From Phoronis australis (Eukaryota > Animalia > Phoronida): a stretch of DNA of 64,000 bases. The first letter of the stretch is position 1. The number at the start of each line of letters is the position of its first letter. Under the pieces are notes generated by a model. The model was not told where the DNA came from. It did no database searches and was given only the letters and a program-made list of their open reading frames with translations. Of the stretch, positions 52,733 through 64,000 are shown one piece after another. The DNA is taken from contig NMRA01000190.1 in the NCBI GenBank assembly GCA_002633005.1, positions 372,001 to 436,000 of the forward strand, read 5' to 3'. Made by a program: the position numbers and the translations under genes.

Positions 52733-55700
52733 TGTTAATCAGCTCCATTTCAAAGATCAAGTTCGAGTTCGGGGGCACCTTGCCAAATCTGAAACTTCTG
52801 TCAAGGAGAATGAACTAGTAAATACAAAATACGGGACAATAATTTATTACATGTGGTAATATAATTCACATTGCCAAACCATCGTCTCGGAGGCTGTCAA
52901 TTTCCTCGGTAATTCATTGTTATTATCGATGTTTTATCTCTTAAAAGGTGAGCACTTAAGTTTCATCTCTAATAGTTTGTACGGTCACTCTTGTCTCTAT
53001 TAATTTGAACACGAAGCTGTCAAGGGAAAAATAGCTCGTACATTAGAGAAAGGACCGTAGTCACCTCGATTAACAACTATTCACTACTATGCAATATTAA
53101 TGCACTTAATAAGTAAGATTTAGTAACAGAAATACCTCACATAATCATGGCCAGAGAGAATGAACTTAAACTTCCTACTAAGGCATACTCATGAGTGCTC
53201 ACTACCGAGTAGGGACAGATAACCAATAATAAGACCCGTGTCTTCAAAATCCTATCAACCCAAGCAAAGATCCATGGGTATGATATATCTTTTTTGTGGC
53301 GTTTAATATTTCTAGAAAGTTTTACTGTTGTACAAGTCCCAACTGTTTTGAAAGGTTACTGGTTTGTCTTCTAACTGCTTTCCCACACTCAAAATACAAC
53401 CGACGTTGACAGCGGCAATGCCGGAATACAGCCTATGCTTTCTTACCTCACATCTCAAAGAGCTTAGATTAATGAAGACAGTGTCACTCTGACAAAGAAA
53501 ACTGAAACAGAACAGAAATAACAACTTTGTTGTCTAAAAAGGATACGGTCCCTCGACTGCCTTTTTGCCGTAAGCCCAGGCAGCTTCAATCTTCACCTCT
53601 GCCTTCTCACCAATACACATGGTCAGCAAGGCTTCATCCCACTGAAATATAAATAACTAAATGCACATCTCTTGTGTTTCAGCTCATCACATGGGTGGTA
53701 ATGTGTTCAATGAATGCAAACCTCCCCCAGCGCATTTTTTCAAGTTGCAACTCTCCAACAAAGGAGACATGAAAAGCAACAACCAGTGTTCTAAATTCAA
53801 ACTCGACAGGAATTACTTCAATCACACACGCATTCAATATTTAATGCCCAAACTGTGGGGTGTGTACGTACACAACCTAGGAACACGTGTACAGACCTTA
53901 CACCAAAAGTAAAAAATACTCCTCGTTTTGGTCTGAACACGTGCGTAATGAGCCATGAGTTCAAAATCATCAAATCCTTTCTTATGCTAAACACAGGCTA
54001 CCAAACCTCATCATGACAAAATCCCAACCTTTTAGGGAGCATTCAAATATTAGTCATCCAAAATTTGCCCCCCCCCATTCGTCACCCATCAGTGATGGAT
54101 TGGGGCTGTCATTTGTGTAGTACATGTTTACAGAAAGCCAAGTGAAATGTGACCAAATCATGGAAGGATGAAACGGTGGCTCCCAGTTTTGGAATTAGTC
54201 ATTCTGCTCAGACAGGTGAATCAGTTTCGCAACAATATGTAGTGTGATGGGGATCTTCTAATATACCACATGAAAATGTCACCATGAGCCTAACCCTCCC
54301 GCCCCCGTCTTTCCAAATTCCGCCTTGGGTGATGATGTAATGGGTGAACTCTCCCATAACACAAGTCAATACATGTGATGGAGACATGGTTAACTCTGGA
54401 AGAATGTTGAAATATTCATGATCAAGCAATGGCTAAATAACCAGTTTCACTCACCCCTCTAATGACCTTTCCCTGCCCGACCTTGAACTTGAGGGGCTGG
54501 GCCTTGTGCTTGCTTTTAACGTTCAGCTTCTTGCCTGAGAAAACAACTAATAGATATACTAAACACTGCCAACTGGTTGAATTACACAAACCGGTCCATT
54601 ATTAGTCACCACAATAAATGAATCTGGTTTGTAAGAATATCAACGACATGTTACAAATTCATTAGTCACAACATTCCCACATCTTAAGAACCAATTAGAT
54701 GACCGGAGCATGCGTCCCATGTTGATGCTGTTCCCAGCTGTATTGAAGCACGTCATCAATATGCTGTCTTGAATACTCAAGACAGGGACTAGATCTACTG
54801 TTCTGACATGGGGATAGAATATACAAACTTTCTCCTCTCTCCCCTGGTTCCAATAACTTTCTCATCTCTTCAACCAAAGAGTACACGATTACCCTACTTA
54901 GGGGGATTTCCGAGGGCCAACTTAAAAAGATTGCCACTGGCATGCCATTCTTAAGCGCTACCTGAACACTTTCCTTGAAAAATTGTGCGTTGGGCTACCC
55001 CTCAGTGACATTTTAGATAAGACTAATGTAGAATAATGAACCTGTTGCCCATTACCCTGATACAACATAGTGATGAGCAGTAACCATGGTTACCATACAT
55101 ATAGCATTTTCACTTTCCATGAGGTTCCAGGATGTAATGCCCATTCTTCACAATTTATTTTAGCCCGAGGAAATGCAGACACACTAACTTTTGGTAATGC
55201 CAATAAGGAGTGCTCGACACCTAGCTTGACACCAAGTCGCATACTGCGATAATCCCAGGTCACCCAATGAAATCTGAGGTCGCCAAAACTGACGTCGAAA
55301 TCGTCAAGTTAAAAAAAAAATTGTGCCGCTAACACTCCATTCTCAGAACTTACACATACCTCTTCAATTTCCCCCCTTAAAAAAGAAGTACTATTCAATC
55401 CATTCAATTCCTTCTGCCAACAAAAATATAATGCAGTCAACTGCATACACTGGAGGTGTGTGTTTCATCTATCTTGCCCGATTTCTGTCGAGCAATTCTG
55501 ACTTCCATCTGTTTACTTTCTATTTTAATTTAAGCACATGTATTTGATGCATGCTGACTGCTGGCAAATGCGCTGATTTCATGAAATAAATGGAGCAATT
55601 GTGAACCAAAAGTATTATATCTAGGAAAGCTGTTACTAATTTAAAGTTTGAAAGTCAACACCAACTTTGAAACGAATTTCAGGGGAATTACTGTCACACT

Positions 55701-58700
55701 TTGATACTCACAGTGGCGACTTCTTGGTAACTTGGGATTATTCCCAGGTCACCAAACACAACCTGAGGTCACATTGGTGACCTGCAGGTCGCCAAATAGA
55801 GAACTGATAAGTGAATGCACAAAGTTACATTTCCTTTTCACTTAATAAAATTTTCGTGAATTTTCCCTGAAGTTTTAACGTTTTTATATTCTCCGTAAGT
55901 TTTCTACCAATATAAGCTACTTTTGCCATTTTCCAGGTTTCCATGACTGGTGACCCTTCTTTTATTAATTACACAAGAAGCACATCACTGTTACCCTGAG
56001 GCAGTGTAGTGTCGAACATTGTCCCATCTTCCAGGGTACCCGTGTAGTGGACGCAGACTGTGTCTCCCTTGACCGGCTTGTTCTTGCCCGTCCCCTTCTG
56101 CAACACCCTCTTGGTGTACTTGGGTGGCTCCTAAAGCAGACAAGTTTAAATCCAATGAGACAGCAGTATGTTTCCATCAGTTCATCCCATATGGCCATAC
56201 ACAGCCCAAACCATAATATTTTCAAATACAGTAAAATCTCACACAATATGGCAAACAAGTGAGATTTTAGTTTTTCATTTTTAATGGATAAGTAATAACA
56301 AATAAATATTCTCATTTTTAAGTTCTATACTACAGCTACAATCAGAAAATGATTTAAGAAACTATGGACATTTGCAATTTAGTTGGTAAATTTCTATCAA
56401 TATACCATCTAAAACTCCACCTGGAAAAAGTTCAAAACCTATAACCGCAGACTGTGCAGTCATTGAAAACAAGCAAGAAGTGTTACTGAAATTCAATCTC
56501 ATTTAAGTCGCACCATACACACCAGGTAGAAAGCAATGAAACCATAATACACAAATGATGGACAGATGTAAACTCCTTTTTGTCCAAAAATAAGCAAGTT
56601 ATGACCGCAAGTCATACATTGGCTGCAGCGGCGGCCGGCTTCTCCTTCACTTCCAACTTCTCAGTCTCTTCCACAACTTTTTCCACCTTTTTAGCTTGGT
56701 ACTCCTCCTCCTCACCATCTTTCTTGAATGCCTGCAACACAGAGCGACATCTATTGAGGTAACAACAAATTACATATACACATGCATAAGTACCATAAAA
56801 CAGAGTGCCGCTGAGCATTTAAAGATGTATTTGCATGCTCCTAACTATACTAAGGGCTGTTCCAGCAAAATCTGTGTGGGAGGGGGGGGAAGGCAACTGA
56901 AATAAAAATTTATGGGTGGTTGCGTTTGATTTAAATTCAAAATGGCTGGTGGTCGTACTTCAAAAAAATAAAAATTTACAGGTCGTTGTTGTTTCATTGG
57001 GCCATAAATGTTTGATGGTGGGTAATTTTAGTAAATTTTATAAACAATCCGCACAGAATCAAAAACTGAAACAAAAATGCAACTTGCAAAAAGCTCCGAC
57101 TTTTTCACTCCCTACGATCTCCTCATCGGCATGCCCAAACACCATTTAACCACAGGTGCTCGAATTTCTCGATGGCTAATAACAATGTATAAGAAACATA
57201 TGCTTTCTTAGTAATGAATGACGTTAGTGGTGATGGAGGAACAGATAAACTCAAGCGCCTGTGCAGTCAACCACAAGAACAAAAAAAAAATTACGGGTGG
57301 TTGCATTTCAAACTTATAAAAAAATTACGGGTGGTAGGCTGAAGAAATAAATTAAAAATATGGGTGGTGGGTGCGAAAAAAAGGTGCCTTCCCCCCCCTC
57401 CCATACAGATTTTACTGGAACAGCCCTAATGTATAACAGGAATTAACGACAATGCTATTTGAACATCATCTACACTAAACAAAGTGTAGTTGGATTCATT
57501 GAAAGCTTGTAAATGTGAAAACATAAAATTCTGCAAGTAGACCATTGTACTAATAACGTACCTTGGGGGCTCACATAACCAGCATCATGCAGTGTTATTT
57601 CCCCAACACCACATCACGATACTTACTGAGTGACTTACGGAGGATCATTTTCGACAAAAAATTGTTCTTAAAAACATTTGGGAATTTTCAACCTACTTCA
57701 TATTCACATTATCGCTATATGTTGTGTTTCTAATTAATTTGGCCACGCAATCACAGAGATAAGGAATTAGCATGCAAGTTTCATTTTAAGGTCATGACAT
57801 GCCTCCAATAGTAAGCCTCAGAACAGACACCGGCACTTAGTCTCCAAGATACACTTGGCCATACTACAGAGAAAGGGTACCTAACAAATGAATGTTTTGC
57901 AGGGGTGCTAAAATGGCTCAAAAGTGATGGGAAAAGCCCAGACATCTTTTTGTTGAATTGAATCTATGATTCTGTGTCACAAACACTTGATTTATCCTTT
58001 TTCATAAATTGCAGAAACCATACTTGACAATTGTGTTCCAAACATGAACAAGTGCTCTATACTTGAAAACTAACTTAAAGGGAAATCATCAGACAGGTGA
58101 TGTAGATGTACAGGTGATGTAGATGTACAGGTGATGTAGATGTACAGGTGATGTAGATGTACAGGTGATGTACCTTTTGCTTACATCTGGTTCTCACAAT
58201 AGTGCATCGGTGTTGATTTGTAGGATTACTTTTGCAGTGTACTGAAAATGGTCAAACTCCCCTAAGCTGGGTTCTCCATGGGTCATTTAATTAGGGTGCT
58301 GTGCACTCTCATAATTTCCGCGGTTGACTTTGCAGCCTCATTGAATTCTCATTACCTCTTTTCAGCATTTGTTAATGTTTATGCTGCTCTTCATAGCCTT
58401 AATATCTGTGCGTATTGTGCAAAACACATTCTGCATTCAGGTTAGCAAAACAAGATATTTTATCAAAATGCATGAAATGAGTTCTCAATTACAAAAATTT
58501 CCCAATGATATGGGACACTCCCTCCCATGCCAACTCCCAAACTATCTTTAGTCATTTCTTCGCCCACATCTTTATTTCTTCTCTTTAAATTTTAGGAAGT
58601 GGAGAACCCAGGTAAATAGTCCCAAAGTTAAAAAAACAAGAAACAGCAACTGAAACAACTGAAAAAGGAACTTTGATCTTAGCTGTCACTCCGTGTCCAT

Positions 58701-60283
58701 TACCTTGGTTTCAAACAGGTCGTTGTAGAGAGCAATGAGTTGATCCTTAGTCTTATTCTTGGTTACATTTTTCAAGCTCATCTTTAGCATGTTGTCCATC
58801 TGGAACTAGAGATTTAACAAAACAAATATACTGGGGTCCACATACACTGAATGTTTCAACACAGTAAGTCAAAATATAACAAAGGACCAGTGCCTTGAGT
58901 AACTGTTGTTTGAAATGGTATCACTCGAGTAAAAATGAATACATTTAAGATAGCAAAATGATACTAAAACTTGGTCAATATTACATTGTTCCTCACTCAT
59001 ATTGCCATTATATTTGAAAATAAGTTTTACGGGATATTGTTATCCTAGAAAACGTCAATAACTCCAACCACAACAAAGTGACCCTTGTGAACATTCACAT
59101 TATTGGAGTTTTTGCTACTAGCCAAAGTGCTAGCCAAAATGCTAGCCTTTAAGCTAGCATGTGAACTGGGTATTAGAGTGGTTCGGACCATAGAGGTGGA
59201 TGCTAGTAAAACCACATTAGAAAATAACAAAAATGACCACTGCCAAGGAACTCCAAAGCTACAGAGGAAAACGTAAATAATTAAATTGCCACAAGGAGGT
59301 GCAGCAGTTGTTAGATCCAAAAGTCACAGTCATTCATTGTCATATTCAAAGAAATATACTTGGCAAATTTAACTAAGATCTAGTAGGGGTTTTGGAAGAA
59401 CGGTCATGGACGAAAAGTGCAGTGGGAGCCGGATCCGAAATTAATCAGTTCTGCTCTTCATATAACAAAAACAACTTTCATAATGGTTCTTTGAACAGTT
59501 TGCCAGATAGATAGGTGGATTACAAAAAGACACAAAATCACTAAAAATGGTCACTATTATTAGTAGGGTGAGCAAACCAATATGGCGGAAATTCAGCAAG
59601 AGCGAAATTTTGCCATTTTTCATGATTTTCACAAGCTCATATCTATTAGCATACTAAGTGGTGGAAAATGAAAAGTATGCCAGTAAAATATTTAATTTTT
59701 CTTCTTTCTAATGATATCCATTACAAATAACTTGGACATTAATGAGNCGCCAACATAGGCTAAATATGTGGGTGCATAAAATAGCAACTAGTTTATTGCA
59801 TTTGCTTTGGAAATGCACAAGTCTTTATCAAAACAAAATCGCTAAAATTGAAAATAAACACAAACAATATCAACAAGACAATTGTATGCATGTGCGACGA
59901 TATGGTATTTAGTAATATTTTCAACAGGTGTCGCTATCTTGTTATTCCCCTGACCTTGCTAATGTTTTTGACGAAACATCAAATCGTATTATTCTATCAT
60001 TTTTGACAGTAAAGTGTAAAAAAGCAATTTGCTTACAGAACCTCCAAGCTTATTTGTGAATATTCGACGTGTCAAATGTCAGTCGATAAATTGAAAATAA
60101 ACATTCGATAGTTAGATGAACCGAAATCTCCACCCATGTTAAGAAAACCACGAACTTCGACGCGTGCGAAATGAATAGTACCTGGATGCTAGCATTTTCC
60201 TGGAGGAAGCTTGCAATGTCTTTTTTTGTCACAGCATCCGCTTGAATTTCTTCGTCGCTCCATGATCTTGTTGGTTCCGTCAT
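52725..60283 (-). CDS. FKBP3: FKBP25 peptidyl-prolyl isomerase (BTHB + FKBP domains)
   Basis: Exons 60182-60283, 58704-58805, 56618-56731, 55995-56130, 54455-54534, 53547-53641 and 52725-52788. Motifs: WSDEEI..VTKKDIASFLQEN, KNVTK..TKDQLIALYNDLFETK, PPKYTK, GDTVCVHYTGTLEDGTMFDT, PLKFKVGQGKVIRGWDEAL, WAYGKK and VPPNSNLIFEMEL. Confidence 0.95.
52789..53546 (-). other. U12-type (minor spliceosome) GT-AG intron of FKBP3
   Basis: 5' splice site GTATCCTTTT; branch point TTCTCCTTGAC about 11 nt upstream of the AG; no polypyrimidine tract. Confidence 0.9.
56823..57785 (-). mobile_element. TTAA-flanked Kolobok-like element, copy B, interrupted by a MITE
   Basis: Reverse-complement homolog of 29577-29973, with TTAA at both ends. 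Confidence 0.75.
56854..57426. mobile_element. PIF/Harbinger-like (Tourist-type) MITE with a TAA TSD
   Basis: Long TIRs GGGCTGTTCCAGCAAAATCTGTGTGGGAGGGGGGGAAGGCA / TGCCTTCCCCCCCTCCCATACAGATTTTACTGGAACAGCCC; TAA on both sides; the empty site is seen in copy A. Confidence 0.88.
58093..58153. repeat. 17-bp tandem repeat, about 3.5 copies
   Basis: ACAGGTGATGTAGATGT repeated. Confidence 0.9.
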
Positions 60284-60720
60284 TGTTATTTTTTCGAGAA
60301 ATCAATCGCTATAACTCACAGAAAACGAACATGTGGTTGCCTATGAAATTTATTTTCTAAAGCAGAAGAACACAACTCGATTCTCTCGCCCTCTATTGGG
60401 TGGCGCGGTTTTTGGAAAGATCGTATTGCGGTCCGAATCTTTGGCTCGGCTGTGCTGCGCTAATAATATGCTACGGCAATAGTTGGAGATGGAGACACGC
60501 AGATTTTCAGCGGAAGATGGACAAGAAATTATAGGTGATTTAAGCACCTTTTCATGGGAGAAATCAATTGCTTTAGGTTTGCTGCCATATACCGACAAAC
60601 TGTCATGTCTGTGGTTAATTGCTCAGGATTGCTGTCATGTATTGAGTTTCTAACAGATTCTCTGGCGCAGCTCTAGCCCAAAGCACCAATGGCAAGGAAA
60701 ACAATTCCTGAAGAAGCCAA
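60284..60720. promoter_or_regulatory. Putative bidirectional promoter FKBP3/MCM9
   Basis: The FKBP3 ATG (60283, -) faces away from MCM9, whose candidate ATGs lie at about 60689 and 60722. The interval has local CpG enrichment and an ATTGG (CCAAT) box near 60395. Confidence 0.5.
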
Positions 60721-61864
60721 CATGGAAGTCAACAATGAACCAACCACTTTGCCGGGTCAAGCAATCAAGGCAGTATTACAGCTACCTTCTCATTCTGATC
60801 TGATCCGACCCAACACTCTAATTTAGGGCGGCATAGGATCCAATAAACACATGCCTAGGCACTCTAGCCACTAATTGAATTAGTGGCTCTGATTTTGAGA
60901 ACCAAGCCAACACTGAATAATATGGGCTAGCTTTGCTATTCAGTGGATGAAACATGCTCTCCAAATCAATTAGGACCCATTAATATTTGATTAGTGCCCT
61001 ATATTGTATTTAAAACGTTTTTCATTGCTTTTCGATAATATATTTTAAAAATGGCTAAATCACTTACTAAAAATCGTTGAGAGTCTCGTGAGCCAGACGT
61101 TTCCGCCCTCTCTGAGAGGGCCTTGTTCACTGACTGGATTTCCCAGGTGAGGTTGACCTGGTACTAGAATTACAGTAGGTCTTACACCTCTGTTAGCTAG
61201 AACCCTTTATCCCTGTTCAAACTGGGGGCATCTGGTTCTAATGTAGACAGTATCCTTGACCTTTCTTGAGTACCAGTGTTCCTCTGTGGCAAGGATTCTG
61301 TCGTTACACTTGTCGATGGTGTGTCCAGTGTTGAAGTCAACCAGAGCAATTGTTCAATGGCCAAGTCTCATGTTCCTCCACTTTCAATGGCCTGTTGAGC
61401 AAATGTGTGCAGATAAACATCATGTCTGTGTCAATTCTCTTATTTCGTGTAAAAATAAATGCGAAATTATCATTTTTCTAATTTTTGCCAGATAATGTTT
61501 AATGATATCTACACAGTGGAAATAAAAAGCAAATAAATATCAATAAGTAATTTCATCTGATGAAGTTCACCTGATATAAAGCTGAGAACAGACAAAATAA
61601 ATTTTTCACTTGTCAGCCATATTGTGTGCTAAATATAAGTGAAAAATTACTGTAGTATTGTTTCACCTTTCAAAAATTTATTTCCTTTGCTGACAATGAT
61701 TATATTTGAAAATAGGTTTATGTAGAGATATGTTATGATTGAATCACCCCATGGTGATCGATGTTACTTTCTGGACAAAGCTCCGAGTAAATCATCGTTA
61801 TCATATGGGTGACCGTAATTGTTATTGTTAAACCCTGACAGTTAGTATAGTTATTTTATTACAG

Positions 61865-63410
61865 AGTTTTTCAAGCTGTACAGTATTGAACACCATGCTG
61901 CTGATCTTGAGAACATCTTGTTAGAAGAAGATACTAGTGACCACTATGGAGTTAAGCTGAAGTGAGTTCTGCTCATGTTGCCGGATATACATTTTGTTCC
62001 AAAGTTGCAGTTTAAAGCAACCATCTTTTGCGCTTTCTGCTTAAATGTAAAACTAAGTTCACTTAAACAATTTTTTGACACACTTTACTGTATATGGTAA
62101 ATTACTCCATCACTGCTGACGGCTACTGCGAAGTTGATTTTTGCTTGTGCTTCGTCACAGCTAGTCAGCCTCACACTGTTGTTATTGTAATGTAGACATA
62201 TTGCAATATCCCTAATATACCATGTACACTGAACTGACTGCATGTTTTTATGTCACACAATTCTCAGCTGTCTGTGACGAGCAATTCCAGCTAGGTTGTC
62301 TTGTCAAACATTTGTGCCTGTACAGTACTTGCCGAAAGTAATCAAATAAAATACCCGATCGCTCGTCAAGGTGGGTAATGACCCATCACGACGGGTCATT
62401 CAAGTTGCTTTGATTATGAATTGTACTTGCACTCCGCCATCACTATTAGGAATTTCACTTAATATGCTAAGCTGTCAAGATGTTTTATGGTGCTTTCTGG
62501 GCGTAACTCTTATTAATGTACATTGCGTAACAGGGAATTCTGGGTCATTTTGTCTGAATACTTTTGGCCTTTTGGCATCTAAGTGCAGCTACATGATCAA
62601 GTGCATAAGCATAAGTGTGTACAAATGTGGTACTTCCAATTTTGTCAATTTCCGTTTATGTTCCAGTGCGATGATGATATTTGAAAGCAGTGTTACGGTG
62701 GGTGATACATTACTGTCACGCCCCCTGGAGATGTTGCCTTTTCTGGACAAAGCTCTGGTGTTGGCCCAAGAACAGATCTATCATCAACAGAATCAGCCAG
62801 CTCATATGGTAGGGTGATATTAGGGTGGTGGACAGAGGACAAATAGCTGGACATAATGTTTATACACATTTTAGAAAGTTACTGAATCTGGCCTGAAGAT
62901 GAAAATCGTTAAGTAAAGTGATTGACTTGCCATGACAGGAAGTTTTTTTCACCGTCAAAACGATTGAATGTAAAACAAATTTGTGAACTTCTTGTATTGT
63001 TCACTCATTAGTTTGCAATTGCTCTGAGCAATCAGTTTGGTAACGGAAATCATTTTATTTTGCCCGGGTATGCGACGAGATATGTTGCAGAGTAAAACAA
63101 GGTGAGGTTGTAGAATATTGTCATTTATTGCGACGTAAGTACGAAAGTGATAAAGAAAACTGCAAGATGGGTAATAGTGTTTTGTGTAGCTTCAGAAACT
63201 GCTTCGTTATTATTGCCTTTCATATTACCTCTTTAATATGTTTATGTGGTGAATGTAGTGTGGTAAAATATTCTGAGTTGTGTCATGTTAATCTACAGTC
63301 TGTGAAGGTACACAGCCATGCCAGGATCACTGCTCTTCCTGTCTGTCCAGAGCTAGTCAGAGACACTTTACCAAGGAGCAGCGATGTCAACAGCTTATTA
63401 TCAATCACAG
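61865..63410 (+). CDS. MCM9: DNA helicase MCM9, N-terminal exons (first exon uncertain; gene continues past the window)
   Basis: Exons 61865-61961, 62667-62808 and 63299-63410 give ILLEEDTSDHYGVKLNAMMIFE..VGD....P.E.L..LDKAL...HARITALPVCPELVRDTLPRSSDV..LLSITG, matching the MCM9 N-terminus (HARISGLPVCPELVR). Confidence 0.9.
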
Positions 63411-64000
63411 GTAAATCTCAACATTGTACAAGATTTAAGGAGACATTTTCATCTCATTCACTACCTGTATTGCAGTTTTTTTAAATTTTGTTACTAAGCT
63501 GTACGATACATATCACAAACATTCCCAAATGATGATATTTTCCGGTGTCACATGCAACCCAGTTGTATTGCACCACACAATAAGTTCCGAAATTAGGCAA
63601 CTTGACTAGTTTTCCATGATTGAGCTTTGTCCATGGAAGAAGCTTGTGGGCAGTAGCTTTGTACTGTTAAGAGTGTCAAGTACATTTTGAGGTTGCAAAG
63701 TTGTGTCTGTCTGTCTGTCTGAAACAAGGCTTTGAAGCTGCATTTTGCCCTGTTTTTCTGACTGCAAATTTAAAACAAAAATTGAATTAGGCATTTTATT
63801 CACATAACTTGATATCATGATATTCCTTACTGTGATATCATTCTATTTCAATTACCAATTCATGTCAAAGCAATGTGTACATGGGCCATTTTCAAATTGA
63901 CAAGTTTAGGGTTAATTGGGGATTGACCAATACCAAAACTACGAACCCGAATGTGGAGCATGTACACATTGCCTGTGACTCTAGTTGGTAAAGGAAACGG

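Noticed and set aside
55020-55180. Possible H/ACA RNA in an FKBP3 intron (minus-strand hairpin plus ACA)
   Set aside because: No proper ANANNA H box at the hinge and no target found.

Overview
AT-rich, intron-rich metazoan genomic DNA, most likely from an invertebrate; it is not prokaryotic, so most short ORFs in the track are noise or exon fragments. Genes reconstructed by hand from splice sites and protein motifs: DNASE2-like (+, 5' end outside the window or unresolved), an intronless TTF2/Lodestar-type SNF2 ATPase (-), FAM199X (+), PKMYT1 (-), MFAP1 (+), FKBP3/FKBP25 (-) and the 5' part of MCM9 (+). Highlights: (1) the intronless SNF2 gene has an N-terminal LEM-like (BAF-binding) motif in place of the usual long TTF2 N-terminus, suggesting a chimeric retrogene; (2) two near-identical intronic H/ACA snoRNAs lie in FAM199X, and their 3' pocket matches the 18S rRNA U105 context; (3) the DNase II ends in an acidic tail plus HDEF, a KDEL-like ER-retrieval signal; (4) FKBP3 has a U12-type intron; (5) there are several DNA transposon relics with verifiable target-site duplications (TSDs), including a 5-bp-TSD hAT-like element, a 10-bp-TSD mini-element and a nested MITE whose empty site is present elsewhere in the window; (6) local tandem repeats recur at exon boundaries.
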